From an uncultured virus (IMG/VR IMGVR_UViG_3300008117_000258) (taxonomy: Duplodnaviria > Heunggongvirae > Uroviricota > Caudoviricetes): 20,000 nucleotides of DNA. The notes below the pieces were generated by a model, which saw only the letters and a program-made list of their open reading frames with translations, did no database searches and had not been told where the DNA came from. The first letter of the stretch is position 1; every line of letters starts with the position of its first letter. A program made the translations under genes and the position numbers. The stretch lies in the IMG/VR virus record IMGVR_UViG_3300008117_000258. One strand, written 5' to 3'. Positions 9,116 to 17,360 of the stretch are shown one piece after another.

Positions 9116-9239
9116 TATAGATCCTCCATAATATAATCAAACACTTTTTCTACTACTCTATCAATTTCGTCAGGGTACTGAGACTCCAACTGACACACCC
9201 TACAATCACACATATACTAAGTATAGCAAGTAATAGAAC

Positions 9240-9584
9240 TTATTGCAAGTAATCTATTAATTCTTGTATTTTTTCTTTTGGCTCTGCGACCCACTCTAAA
9301 GCATCTTCGCTTTGTAAAATATCTTTTAGATGAACAACTGCTTCATGTATTTCTCTTTTTAACTTATCACGCAAAAGAGTAGAGGCCATTTCAGCCGTGC
9401 CACATCTAGGGCTAGTCCAATGGTCCAGTATATATCCGCTATGATGTGCCTCATAGTATGGTTCCTTTCCATATGAATAAGTCTTCGTAATGTACCAGTG
9501 ACAATCACGGTCTTTGTGATGATCTAAACTAACATATTTTTGCCACTTTGCCGTAAGTTCAATTAATTCATCTTCAAGTTTCAT
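9240..9584 (-). CDS. Hypothetical phage protein
   Basis: ORF with TTGACT-17-TATACT-N6-ATG leaderless promoter (9591-9619). Confidence 0.75.
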   Translation of the reverse strand: MKLEDELIELTAKWQKYVSLDHHKDRDCHWYITKTYSYGKEPYYEAHHSGYILDHWTSPRCGTAEMASTLLRDKLKREIHEAVVHLKDILQSEDALEWVAEPKEKIQELIDYLQ

Positions 9585-9669
9585 ATATCCAGTATATTCT
9601 TTTTGGGCTATAAAGTCAAGCCGTCAATAGGTTTTTAAGTTCGGCGACTTATAGAGGTTTTAAACCTTA

Positions 9670-9888
9670 CTAAGCCCTAAAAGGGCTATATCGGTTAATA
9701 GCCTTGTTTGCTGCCAATTCTGCATCTTCTTCTGTGTGGGTATATCCAAAAGTTATAACCTTAAACCCATTATATAGAGTCCATTTCCAAGGAATCGGGG
9801 GAAGAAAAAACTTATCCTGATTCTTAACAGGCTTACCATTAGATTTAACAGGAGGTTTATACTCCTCAATAACTATCTTAAGTGTCAA
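9670..9888 (-). CDS. Hypothetical protein
   Basis: Probable TTG start overlapping the stop of the glycosylase gene. Confidence 0.5.
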   Translation of the reverse strand: MTLKIVIEEYKPPVKSNGKPVKNQDKFFLPPIPWKWTLYNGFKVITFGYTHTEEDAELAANKAINRYSPFRA

Positions 9889-10358
9889 ACCAATATCCCA
9901 ACATGAGTAGGCCAATAGTATAAACACCTATCGCAACAAGGTTTGGCAACACTATTTCTATACTCTGCATAGTAAAGAGGATCTTTGCGATATAGGTTAG
10001 CCTTATGGCTATCAAGAACTCTCTTCAACTGTTCTTGGTTTTGCATCCAAAAAGGAGTAGCCTTACCCCAGTTTAATGAAAATCTAATTTCTAAGTCTTT
10101 TAGGTTTGCAACATTCTTGTCAGTCTTGATGCCACGAAACTCTGCTTCGTAAACCATATGGTCAATATAACTCTTTAGTTCATACTCACAGCCTTTCCAC
10201 ATAAGAACTGCTGGATGGTTTCGCCAAGCACCAGACTCAGATGCGCCAGATAGAATCTTAAGTATTTGATAGCCTTCTAGAATCTGCTTGTTAAGGCGCT
10301 TATTGTCTAGGGTTTGGGCAGTGTATTCGTAATCTGCTGAAGGTAGAAAGGTTTGCAT
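9885..10358 (-). CDS. Pyrimidine-dimer DNA glycosylase/DenV-like protein (MSMEG_6728 family)
   Basis: MQTFLP, LD.KRL.KQ..E..QIL, W.NHPA..MW.G and SH..NL.RKDP..Y motifs. Confidence 0.88.
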   Translation of the reverse strand: MQTFLPSADYEYTAQTLDNKRLNKQILEGYQILKILSGASESGAWRNHPAVLMWKGCEYELKSYIDHMVYEAEFRGIKTDKNVANLKDLEIRFSLNWGKATPFWMQNQEQLKRVLDSHKANLYRKDPLYYAEYRNSVAKPCCDRCLYYWPTHVGILV

Positions 10359-10398
10359 ATATCTATTATCTCAAGGTTTGCAGATAAAGTCAAGTCTT

Positions 10399-10629
10399 TT
10401 ATAAATGTATTTTATTGACAGGTTCTTTAGACCAATGTATATAAGATTTAATATACACTGCTGCATAGGCAATTGCTGCAAAGATAAAGCCATATTGCTT
10501 AGTGGTTACAGCATAGATAATCCATAGGAACTCGTTGAACAATAGCAATAGCCATCCCCAAATGGTCTTACGACCAACAAAGAATATGCCTGTTACACCG
10601 ATTGCTGCTAATATATATGACCACCACAT
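10399..10629 (-). CDS. Small PnuC-like membrane protein
   Basis: Three hydrophobic helices, GRK..WGW......LW..YA....QYGF; leaderless promoter TTGACT-17-TATCAT. Confidence 0.65.
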   Translation of the reverse strand: MWWSYILAAIGVTGIFFVGRKTIWGWLLLLFNEFLWIIYAVTTKQYGFIFAAIAYAAVYIKSYIHWSKEPVNKIHL

Positions 10630-10677
10630 ATATCCATGATACCAGGTTTTGGCGGGGAAGTCAAGTATAATGAATCT

Positions 10678-10998
10678 ATGGCAATCCTATATCTAATATA
10701 TAACCCTATATTTAAAGCCTTCAAGATAGGTGTAGGAGATTTGTCTGGAAGTAGATACTCAGAGCATAGGCGTAAGGGATGGGTTCTGGTCAAGTATTGG
10801 TATTTCTCAGATAGATCAAAAGCCTTCAAGGTGGAGAAGATGGTTTTACAAACCCTAAAGAAGAGGTTTATATCTGGTTTTGTATCCAAAGAAAATATGC
10901 CACAGGGAGGGTTTAGCGAAACCTTTGATGCTTCTCAAACCTCATCTACTAAGATTATTAGAACAATAAACAGGGCGATCAAAAATTCGGGGAACTAA
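10678..10998 (+). CDS. GIY-YIG/T5orf172-like nuclease domain protein
   Basis: LYLIY...FKIG....R..EH...E...G.SETF; TATAAT-N6-ATG at 10666-10680. Confidence 0.6.
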   Translation: MAILYLIYNPIFKAFKIGVGDLSGSRYSEHRRKGWVLVKYWYFSDRSKAFKVEKMVLQTLKKRFISGFVSKENMPQGGFSETFDASQTSSTKIIRTINRAIKNSGN

Positions 10999-11022
10999 AA
11001 GGATGCTTCGTAATCCCTATAG

Positions 11023-11190
11023 TCATGAACCCATCTCTATAACACCCTTAGTATCCAGACATAGTTTGCATATCTCAAAGAACATAGTTCCAGAAGAATC
11101 TATCCTATAGTCATAATCACAGACATGTGGGGTTTTTCTCATATCGTTGAAACGCTTCCAAGGGTCTTGCATGAAGTCATCTATGTCCAT
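11023..11190 (-). CDS. Small hypothetical protein (H.C...CKLC)
   Basis: TATACT-N6-ATG at 11202-11188. Confidence 0.55.
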   Translation of the reverse strand: MDIDDFMQDPWKRFNDMRKTPHVCDYDYRIDSSGTMFFEICKLCLDTKGVIEMGS

Positions 11191-11425
11191 GTATCCAGTA
11201 TATCGTATGGACAAAGGTTTGATATACCCCCCAAATATAGTACCAAATGTCTGGTTTGATACTAGATATGGTGGTTTGATAGCAAATTAAATGTTACTGA
11301 TATTTTTATGATTTATCCTAAAGTGGAGGAAAGTGGAGCATAGTGGGTTATTGAGCATTTCTAAGAAGGGCGTTCGTAATGTCTTGGGGGCCCCAAACCT
11401 CATATCCCCAAACCTTCCTAGCGGG

Positions 11426-11454
11426 ATTATACTCCAAACCTTCCTATTTGTCAA
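11426..11454 (-). promoter_or_regulatory. Consensus sigma70 promoter
   Basis: TTGACA-AATAGGAAGGTTTGGAG-TATAAT. Confidence 0.8.
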
Positions 11455-11476
11455 ACCTCATATGCATGGTTTGGGC

Positions 11477-11505
11477 ATTATATACCAAACCTTTATAGTT
11501 GTCAA
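11477..11505 (-). promoter_or_regulatory. Consensus sigma70 promoter
   Basis: TTGACA-ACTATAAAGGTTTGGTA-TATAAT. Confidence 0.8.
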
Positions 11506-11667
11506 GCCCATTTTATGCATAAAAAAATCCTACAAAAATGCAGAAAAATGTAGGAAAATCCAGCAAAAAGGTTTGAAAGGTTTGGAAAATATCCAGAAAA
11601 CCAGGAAAAAAGGTTTGTTATTCTAATGGGGTTTATTACTATAGGGATTGGGATCTATTCTAAAAGT

Positions 11668-11793
11668 CCCGTGATTTTTTCTGAAGGGTTCGTAAAGGGT
11701 TATTGACAGAAATGGTTTGATGTGGTAGAATCCCCGTGAATTTTTGCGAGGGGTTCGTAAAGTCCCGTGATTTTTTTTAGAGGGTTCGTAAAG
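11668..11793. repeat. Three 30-bp direct repeats CCCGTGA-N11(T-rich)-GGGTTCGTAAAG
   Basis: Copies at 11668-11697, 11733-11762 and 11764-11793. Confidence 0.9.
11703..11731 (+). promoter_or_regulatory. sigma70 promoter with no downstream ORF
   Basis: TTGACA-17nt-TAGAAT between repeat copies 1 and 2. Confidence 0.7.
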
Positions 11794-11842
11794 CGTGTTT
11801 CAAGAATTTTCGACAATTGAAAAAAACGGAAAGCAGCCTAGT

Positions 11843-12091
11843 CTATGCTAGTGCTGCTAACCATTTGTCCATAGTTTTTGTATCTGGATCTATGTCTAAT
11901 AGGATATTGAGTGCTTCCCAAGCGGTATTGATAATAGCCTTGCCATGAGAGGTAGCCTTAGCCTCACCCTTCAATATAAAACCACATAACTCACATTCGT
12001 TTTGGAAGTCTTTGAAGAACTCTTCAGGTACAAAGTCTACTGCACCATGATATAGAGAACTCATTATCTTTACTTTACTATTGAAGTCCAT
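11843..12091 (-). CDS. Hypothetical protein
   Basis: ORF track. Confidence 0.65.
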   Translation of the reverse strand: MDFNSKVKIMSSLYHGAVDFVPEEFFKDFQNECELCGFILKGEAKATSHGKAIINTAWEALNILLDIDPDTKTMDKWLAALA

Positions 12092-12311
12092 CTCTCCACC
12101 TCTGCCTCATTACATTTGGGTCAAGCACTGCTTCTCTTTCATATTGCATTGCCTCTAGTATAGCCTCTAGTCGTGTGTAAGTCAATTGTGGCAGTACCCT
12201 CGCCAACATGACTCCAGTAGTTTCAAGGTCAAGGTTTAGGTCTTCTACAATAGTTTTAATTCTCATTGCTACCCGTTCTTCGGGTGATGTCCCAGTCCGT
12301 AGTCTTCTCAT
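12078..12311 (-). CDS. Hypothetical protein
   Basis: ORF track; GGGAG RBS. Confidence 0.7.
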   Translation of the reverse strand: MRRLRTGTSPEERVAMRIKTIVEDLNLDLETTGVMLARVLPQLTYTRLEAILEAMQYEREAVLDPNVMRQRWRDGLQ

Positions 12312-12334
12312 GAATCTCCCTTATCTATTGTATC

Positions 12335-12383
12335 AAAAAGTAGAGAGGGGGGCAAGTCCCACCACAAGCCTGCCCCCCATCTC
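12335..12383 (-). terminator. Rho-independent terminator
   Basis: GAGATGGGGGGCA...TGCCCCCCTCTC hairpin then TACTTTTT. Confidence 0.65.
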
Positions 12384-12403
12384 ATTATATGGACAGGGTG
12401 ACC

Positions 12404-12766
12404 CTACCCTATCACTTGCTCAGTCAAGACTCGTGGGGCATATGCATTAATGAATGCCTCCCAATCTACCGACACATTATCAATAACAGTCTTAGTAGTA
12501 AAGTCAACAATCACTGTTTGCTCACCTAGGTCAAAGTTATCTCCATGGACCGCATAGAGCCCAAACCCTGTTTCATCAAGGATGTTATGTTGAATAAGAT
12601 AACTGATCACCATACGTGTGCCATACGATGAGTCATCCCAGCGTCTACGTGCATGCTGCAGCGCCTCTGCAATGTCAGGCTGCCATGAATCCTGGCCCCA
12701 GTGTGAGTAGAGTACTACAGATGAATCGGTACCGTCTTTAAATACAAAGTTAATCCGTGCTCCCAT
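12404..12766 (-). CDS. Hypothetical phage protein
   Basis: MGAR.N....LY.HW; TAATG coupling with the upstream gene. Confidence 0.75.
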   Translation of the reverse strand: MGARINFVFKDGTDSSVVLYSHWGQDSWQPDIAEALQHARRRWDDSSYGTRMVISYLIQHNILDETGFGLYAVHGDNFDLGEQTVIVDFTTKTVIDNVSVDWEAFINAYAPRVLTEQVIG

Positions 12767-13104
12767 TATTCCTGCTCCCCTAGTTCTCCGTCAAAGTCAA
12801 TTACTACCATTGTGACACGTCCATCATCGTTTGTCTTTACATAAACAGGATAAAGGCCGTCGCCGTATCCAGTAGAGAACACTACAGCGGAACCGTTGCC
12901 AATTTCACCGTATGCCTCGTTAATAGTCTGATTACATGCTCCTAGATAAGAATATTCGCCTATGTGGTTTTCGGGTAGGAATTCATCCTCTGAGTTAGTA
13001 TCCCATTGGTCTAGATAGCAAGGGTCCCCAACCATAGCCTGCCCGCTGTCAACAGCAAAGGACCCAGCATAGGTCAAGTCTTTCATTAGTGTAGTGGTAT
13101 TCAT
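12766..13104 (-). CDS. DUF4241-like protein
   Basis: VDSG...GDP.Y and FSTGYGDG.YPVY motifs. Confidence 0.7.
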   Translation of the reverse strand: MNTTTLMKDLTYAGSFAVDSGQAMVGDPCYLDQWDTNSEDEFLPENHIGEYSYLGACNQTINEAYGEIGNGSAVVFSTGYGDGLYPVYVKTNDDGRVTMVVIDFDGELGEQE

Positions 13105-13532
13105 TCTGTCTCCTCTAGTTTTTTCATTTCTTCAATGGTAGCACAGTTAGGGCATTTTTCCAAATCAATGCTATCAAATTTATCTCTAATTAAATTATCA
13201 GGGTCTTCAAACTCTGCGTCACAGTTACCACAGTAAAACCATGGGTCTGATATCTTTACCTGAATAGTTGTATTTTCGGGGAATGGAACCTCAGTAATAA
13301 AATAACCAATCCTATTAACAAAGCCCCATCCAGACCATAGATAAGACCCACCGTCATCACCATCTCCATACATCCAAATATGGTTTGGCGGGGTAGACTT
13401 AACAAACTCTACCTCATCCCCATAGGTCTCAAACATATGACCGTCAAAGGAAGCATTTACATCTATATGGTTTTTGATTGGTTTGTAGGTTTCAAACCAT
13501 TCATCTTCTGTCATCTCAATAAAGTTATCCAT
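13101..13532 (-). CDS. Hypothetical protein with C-terminal zinc ribbon
   Basis: G...VNRIGYFITE.P; CGNC...CPNC. Confidence 0.7.
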   Translation of the reverse strand: MDNFIEMTEDEWFETYKPIKNHIDVNASFDGHMFETYGDEVEFVKSTPPNHIWMYGDGDDGGSYLWSGWGFVNRIGYFITEVPFPENTTIQVKISDPWFYCGNCDAEFEDPDNLIRDKFDSIDLEKCPNCATIEEMKKLEETE

Positions 13533-13806
13533 TAGCCTTGGCCCTATCTGATATAGCAAATGCTAGTTGATATGTTAGTGCGTATACCGCTTCAAGTGCG
13601 TCCATGTATCCTGAATTATATAGTCGCTCAACGGTGTCTTCGTACTCCTCATCAGAACCAAGTTCATCAGAGTTCTCCAGCAGCGGTACAAGTATCTTCT
13701 CACACTCATACATCATATTCTTAAGTTCACCATGTAGGATATCAGTACCTGATTCCCCTAGGTCTACGAGTTTTTGCAGTCTTGGGTCTAGTTGTGTTGT
13801 TTCCAT
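13525..13806 (-). CDS. Hypothetical acidic protein
   Basis: Leaderless start after TGTCAG-N10-TATGAT (13813-13834). Confidence 0.7.
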   Translation of the reverse strand: METTQLDPRLQKLVDLGESGTDILHGELKNMMYECEKILVPLLENSDELGSDEEYEDTVERLYNSGYMDALEAVYALTYQLAFAISDRAKANG

Positions 13807-14036
13807 TATGCAATCATATCCTCTGCCACTGACAAAAGGTGGCGGGTATTATAAATCTCAGCCTCTTTAGTCCTATAGAAATGAGGCTCTTCTTGCTCAT
13901 CTACCTCAATAGAATAAACTTCAGCGCTATAAGCATAGTCCTCGTAATTCCAGCCTTCTTGTTCTGCTGCGGCTTCATCTTCTGCCTCAACTTCCATGAA
14001 GTACTCAACAATCACTTTAACATCATAAATGGGCAT
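13806..14036 (-). CDS. Hypothetical acidic protein (VEAEDE.AA motif)
   Basis: AAGGAG RBS. Confidence 0.7.
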   Translation of the reverse strand: MPIYDVKVIVEYFMEVEAEDEAAAEQEGWNYEDYAYSAEVYSIEVDEQEEPHFYRTKEAEIYNTRHLLSVAEDMIA

Positions 14037-14068
14037 TTTTTTTGACTCCTTCTTAATGGTTTGATATA

Positions 14069-14299
14069 TTAATTATAGGGGTTTGAGTCTATCTTTACAA
14101 CCTGTGTGGGTGTGATGTTGCTCACATCTGTGATGATAGGGGCATAGGCCTCTTCATAACTAATATAGTTTAACATTCTGCCACAGGGACATTGCATCTG
14201 GACTACTCCCAGGGGAAAGTCATAGCCATCCCTGGCGGTAAACTCAATAAGAGCATCACACTCATCGGGATCGCATACAAATGTATATTTACTCCACAT
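14069..14299 (-). CDS. Hypothetical zinc-binding protein
   Basis: CDPDEC...CPCG. Confidence 0.65.
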   Translation of the reverse strand: MWSKYTFVCDPDECDALIEFTARDGYDFPLGVVQMQCPCGRMLNYISYEEAYAPIITDVSNITPTQVVKIDSNPYN

Positions 14300-14457
14300 T
14301 AGTCAAAGTACCCTTCTGCCCATAGGCCTGACAAGAAGTCTGAGGCCTGTGTTAAGTTTCTGTGTAACCAAGGGTCATCGTCAGGATTCACGGTAGTTAA
14401 TGCAGAATCAATGGCAAGAACCATATTATCTAAATCATCTCTCTCATATCCTAGCAT
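14299..14457 (-). CDS. Hypothetical protein, 52 aa
   Basis: MLGYERDDLDNM...GLWAEGYFD; TAATG coupling on both sides. Confidence 0.65.
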   Translation of the reverse strand: MLGYERDDLDNMVLAIDSALTTVNPDDDPWLHRNLTQASDFLSGLWAEGYFD

Positions 14458-14615
14458 TACTCACCCCAATACTTTACGATGGTTTGCAGGGTACTGTGAA
14501 TATTACAATCACAATCTCCCCCCATATTATCCATAAAGTCTATATGAGAGAAGTTATCCTCATAGATAGTCTCTACTAATTCAGAGATGGTTTGAGGTTT
14601 TAAGGTTTGGGTCAT
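14457..14615 (-). CDS. Hypothetical protein, 52 aa
   Basis: MTQTLKPQTISEL...CDCNIH...YWGE; coupled to both neighbours. Confidence 0.6.
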   Translation of the reverse strand: MTQTLKPQTISELVETIYEDNFSHIDFMDNMGGDCDCNIHSTLQTIVKYWGE

Positions 14616-14830
14616 GCTATTTCCTTTTCATAGGCAGGTAGGCTTACTACCGTCAATTCTAGCATTTCATCAGGGTATCTGTCAACTACCCAGTTCAGGG
14701 CTTCCCCAGCAGTTTTGAAATCAGTAGCAGTACTACTAGTTCCATAACCATTAATGGTGGCTTCCCAGCAATCAGTCCCACCTGGTGAGACAGAATAGTT
14801 CATTTCATATATTGCTACTTGTTTGGTCAT
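14612..14830 (-). CDS. Hypothetical protein
   Basis: Leaderless ATG 6 nt after TATAAT (14837-14842). Confidence 0.7.
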   Translation of the reverse strand: MTKQVAIYEMNYSVSPGGTDCWEATINGYGTSSTATDFKTAGEALNWVVDRYPDEMLELTVVSLPAYEKEIA

Positions 14831-14836
14831 ATTAAT

Positions 14837-14865
14837 ATTATAGTGGTTTGGACTGACATCTGCAA
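14837..14865 (-). promoter_or_regulatory. TGTCAG-type promoter
   Basis: TTGCAG-A-TGTCAG-N10-TATAAT. Confidence 0.8.
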
Positions 14866-14971
14866 GTCCCGTGAATTTTTTACTAAAGACCTTAATCATA
14901 AATAGTCCTCAGAAATATCATGATTTTTTCGACCCGCATTTTTATGCATTGCATTGCATTTTTATTTATTG

Positions 14972-15045
14972 CGATCCGTACGGGACTTGAACCCGTGACC
15001 TCTACCGTGACAGGGTAGCGAACTAACCAACTATTCTAACGGACC
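14972..15045 (-). tRNA. tRNA-Asp(GTC)
   Basis: Anticodon arm CTACC-CTGTCAC-GGTAG; acceptor GGTCCGT/ACGGATC. Confidence 0.93.
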
Positions 15046-15051
15046 AAATGG

Positions 15052-15078
15052 TGAGCAGTTTTAATTCATGCTCAGGAA
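15052..15078 (-). ncRNA. H-type pseudoknot motif copy
   Basis: TTC-CTGAGCAT-GAA-TTA-AAACTGCTCA. Confidence 0.65.
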
Positions 15079-15084
15079 ATTGTA

Positions 15085-16101
15085 TCATGCTAGTTGCATA
15101 ACATTCTGCACAACTTTTAGCAGACGATTTTTTTCTGCGTTGATAGCAGGGTCAAATCCACTTGCACTTGCAAGGATAGATTCGTTATTGCCACCACGAG
15201 CAGAACGGTACCAGTCAAGGCGCTCAGTAAGTGCATTGAAAGCGCCCCATGCAGAGCCAGCAATCATGCCGTTAAATTCGCCAGTGTAAATGTCGTTGAT
15301 AATATCAACTTTATTTTCCCACTTCTTGACCGCACCCTTAGCGTCTTTCTCAGGCTTAGGATAAGCAGCAAGAATGATGTCGTTGAATTGCTTAGCAGAA
15401 ACTTCTTTCTCAATCATAGCCTTAGCCATAATATCAAATTCGTCCATGTAAGTATTAGCAAGACCAAGAGTCTCACGAGCAATCTGCACTTTACCATTGG
15501 CAGTCTGCGTGTGGCGAATCTTGAATGATTGCTTGACACCATTCTTCTTCTTGCGTGAGCCTAGTGCAAGATTAAGAGTGTTAGCGCACACAACACGAAC
15601 GGGTGTTATGCTTGCTTGAATAGCGATTGAGCCATCGTGTGATGTGTTGATGAGCAAATAAGTCTTTACCTTATCTGCAACACCGCTAGGGTCTAGGATT
15701 GTTTCACGCTCTAATGCAAGAGAGCCGAATACAACACGACCACCCTTGATTGCGCCTGCGGTTTCCCAACGACCACCGCCGTCTAGGATATTATCACCGA
15801 ATGAGAATAAATCTTCATTCTGCAATACATGATAGCGCTCACCAACTACACCAAGAATATCAGTCTGGGTGTTATCGGTAGGATTTGTACGCAAAACATA
15901 TTGGTATGCCTTGTCGCTAGTTAGATGTGATGGGGTTTCCAAATCCTCTAAGCGAACATTCCAACCGTTTAGATTTGCTGCTTCCAACATTTCTGCGGTT
16001 GTTTTTTCCTCAGTGAATACGGTACCCAATCCATGCCATGCTGGTTCACGGAAAGATGCAAAAGATGTCTTACCGTTTTGTGTTTCTAGGTCATGTGCCA
16101 T
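15085..16101 (-). CDS. DUF932 (phage/plasmid-like) protein
   Basis: PAWHGLG, LGVVG..Y...QN...F, ETAG...GG, YLL..SHDG, TPVRVVCANTL, RHT and WGA.NA.TE motifs. Confidence 0.92.
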   Translation of the reverse strand: MAHDLETQNGKTSFASFREPAWHGLGTVFTEEKTTAEMLEAANLNGWNVRLEDLETPSHLTSDKAYQYVLRTNPTDNTQTDILGVVGERYHVLQNEDLFSFGDNILDGGGRWETAGAIKGGRVVFGSLALERETILDPSGVADKVKTYLLINTSHDGSIAIQASITPVRVVCANTLNLALGSRKKKNGVKQSFKIRHTQTANGKVQIARETLGLANTYMDEFDIMAKAMIEKEVSAKQFNDIILAAYPKPEKDAKGAVKKWENKVDIINDIYTGEFNGMIAGSAWGAFNALTERLDWYRSARGGNNESILASASGFDPAINAEKNRLLKVVQNVMQLA

Positions 16102-16131
16102 GAGTGTTTCTCCTTTTTGTTTGTTTATACA

Positions 16132-16160
16132 ATCATAACATGACCCACCGACAAATGCAA
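16132..16160 (-). promoter_or_regulatory. TGTCRG-type promoter
   Basis: TTGCAT-T-TGTCGG-N10-TATGAT. Confidence 0.8.
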
Positions 16161-16201
16161 ATCAGGATAGTTAAATAGGGGTAAATCGGACATTTTGGGG
16201 G

Positions 16202-16217
16202 TGTGATCAATCTCACG
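16202..16217. promoter_or_regulatory. CRP/GlxR-like site
   Basis: TGTGA-N6-TCACG. Confidence 0.6.
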
Positions 16218-16263
16218 TAATCGTAACTTGACAATGACTGGTCATTCGGGTCGAAAAATTTAT

Positions 16264-16429
16264 TAAGCCTTTTTCCATCATGCTTAGGATGTATGGGTTC
16301 TTACACCTGCCCAATAAGGTGGCTCTATAGTATTTCTATTATCGCCCTAATCAGCCTGGCGAAAAGTGAGCAGTTTACGTGGCCGTGCTCAGGGCCCTTA
16401 CCTAGTTTAAAGACATTCGGCATGTCTTT
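16264..16429 (-). ncRNA. Array of five back-to-back H-type pseudoknots
   Basis: Units at 16399-16429, 16367-16396, 16321-16362, 16292-16321 and 16264-16291. Each is a stem-loop plus A-rich linker plus a tail complementary to its own loop. Confidence 0.7.
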
Positions 16430-16447
16430 TCATAGCCCCCTATGAAA

Positions 16448-16867
16448 TTAGTAGTCAACCTCGTCATAGTTAGTATCTACAACGTTTGAATCTTCATTCA
16501 TGAGTTCAACGTGATATGAATTTACATTGAATTCAATTGTTGACAATATGTCATCAATATCCTCACCTGATTCAACACATATGGTAAATGTGTGGTCTAC
16601 GGTCATAGTAACGTCATAGTTCTGTGATAACGTGAAGTCGCCAATCTTTGCAAGCGCTTGGGCCTGCTCCATGGAGATATTCTCTTCATTAAGTTCACTG
16701 CGGGTCCAGTCCTTGAGATCTTCCTTAAGTCTATTAAGTGCTGCTGCAGTGTTCATGTCCCGCTGTGCAAGACGTGCATGTGATTCTTCTAGTTGAGTAA
16801 TACGCAATGTGGCCTTGGCCAATTCATCACGTAGAAATGTCTCTGTTGCGTAGTTTACTGTATCCAT
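16448..16867 (-). CDS. Hypothetical protein (coiled-coil N-terminus, acidic C-terminus)
   Basis: ORF track. Confidence 0.75.
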   Translation of the reverse strand: MDTVNYATETFLRDELAKATLRITQLEESHARLAQRDMNTAAALNRLKEDLKDWTRSELNEENISMEQAQALAKIGDFTLSQNYDVTMTVDHTFTICVESGEDIDDILSTIEFNVNSYHVELMNEDSNVVDTNYDEVDY

Positions 16868-16872
16868 AGGGG

Positions 16873-17136
16873 TTATTCCATTTCTTTCTCTAGTTGTTCA
16901 AATTCTTTGATGGTATTAATCATCTCATCCATTTGGTCTTTTGTCAAGCACACATTTGATACTAGTGTGGCAGTAAGTGAGGCAAGGTGAGCAGAATAAC
17001 TCCAAATTGCCTCAATGAATTCTTGTTCTGTCATTGATTCACGATGTTCGCTAATCTTCTTTGCCATTAGCATTGTGCTGAAGTCTGTAACTGCGTCGCC
17101 AGTTGCTTCTTGAATTTGTATTGCGGTGGATATCAT
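16873..17136 (-). CDS. Hypothetical protein
   Basis: ORF track; downstream of the promoter at 17167-17195. Confidence 0.75.
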   Translation of the reverse strand: MISTAIQIQEATGDAVTDFSTMLMAKKISEHRESMTEQEFIEAIWSYSAHLASLTATLVSNVCLTKDQMDEMINTIKEFEQLEKEME

Positions 17137-17166
17137 GAGGGCCTGCTTTCTTTGTTGTTTAATATA

Positions 17167-17195
17167 AGTATATATCTCAGGACTGACAAATGCAA
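17167..17195 (-). promoter_or_regulatory. TGTCAG-type promoter
   Basis: TTGCAT-T-TGTCAG-N10-TATACT. Confidence 0.8.
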
Positions 17196-17235
17196 CTTAA
17201 ATACCCGTGAATCTTAAATAGTGAGACGTAAACCA

Positions 17236-17251
17236 TGTGAGAAAGATCACA
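17236..17251. promoter_or_regulatory. CRP/GlxR-like site
   Basis: TGTGA-GAAAGA-TCACA (perfect consensus). Confidence 0.65.
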
Positions 17252-17282
17252 CGGGTCGAAAAATTTTTGCGGGGAATTTAGA

Positions 17283-17309
17283 GAGCAGTTTAAACTCATG
17301 CTCAGGAGT
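17283..17309 (-). ncRNA. H-type pseudoknot motif copy
   Basis: ACTC-CTGAGCAT-GAGT-TT-AAACTGCTC. Confidence 0.7.
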
Positions 17310-17360
17310 ATCATCTCAGGGAACACTTGCTACAAGTAGCGTGGAGCGCAGAGATGAAAC

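Noticed and set aside
11333..11626. 97-aa plus-strand ORF
   Set aside because: GTG start, runs through repeats and two opposing promoters, low-complexity translation
11668..11793. CRISPR array
   Set aside because: Only three imperfect repeats with gaps of 35 and 1 nt, variable repeat centres, and no cas genes in the window
14936..14970. GCATT short tandem repeat
   Set aside because: Too short and low-complexity to interpret; possibly part of a weak terminator after tRNA-Asp
16321..16362. Hammerhead ribozyme (CTGA...GAAA on the minus strand)
   Set aside because: The core reads CTGATTAG rather than CTGANGA, and stems II and III cannot be formed around it. A pseudoknot fits better.
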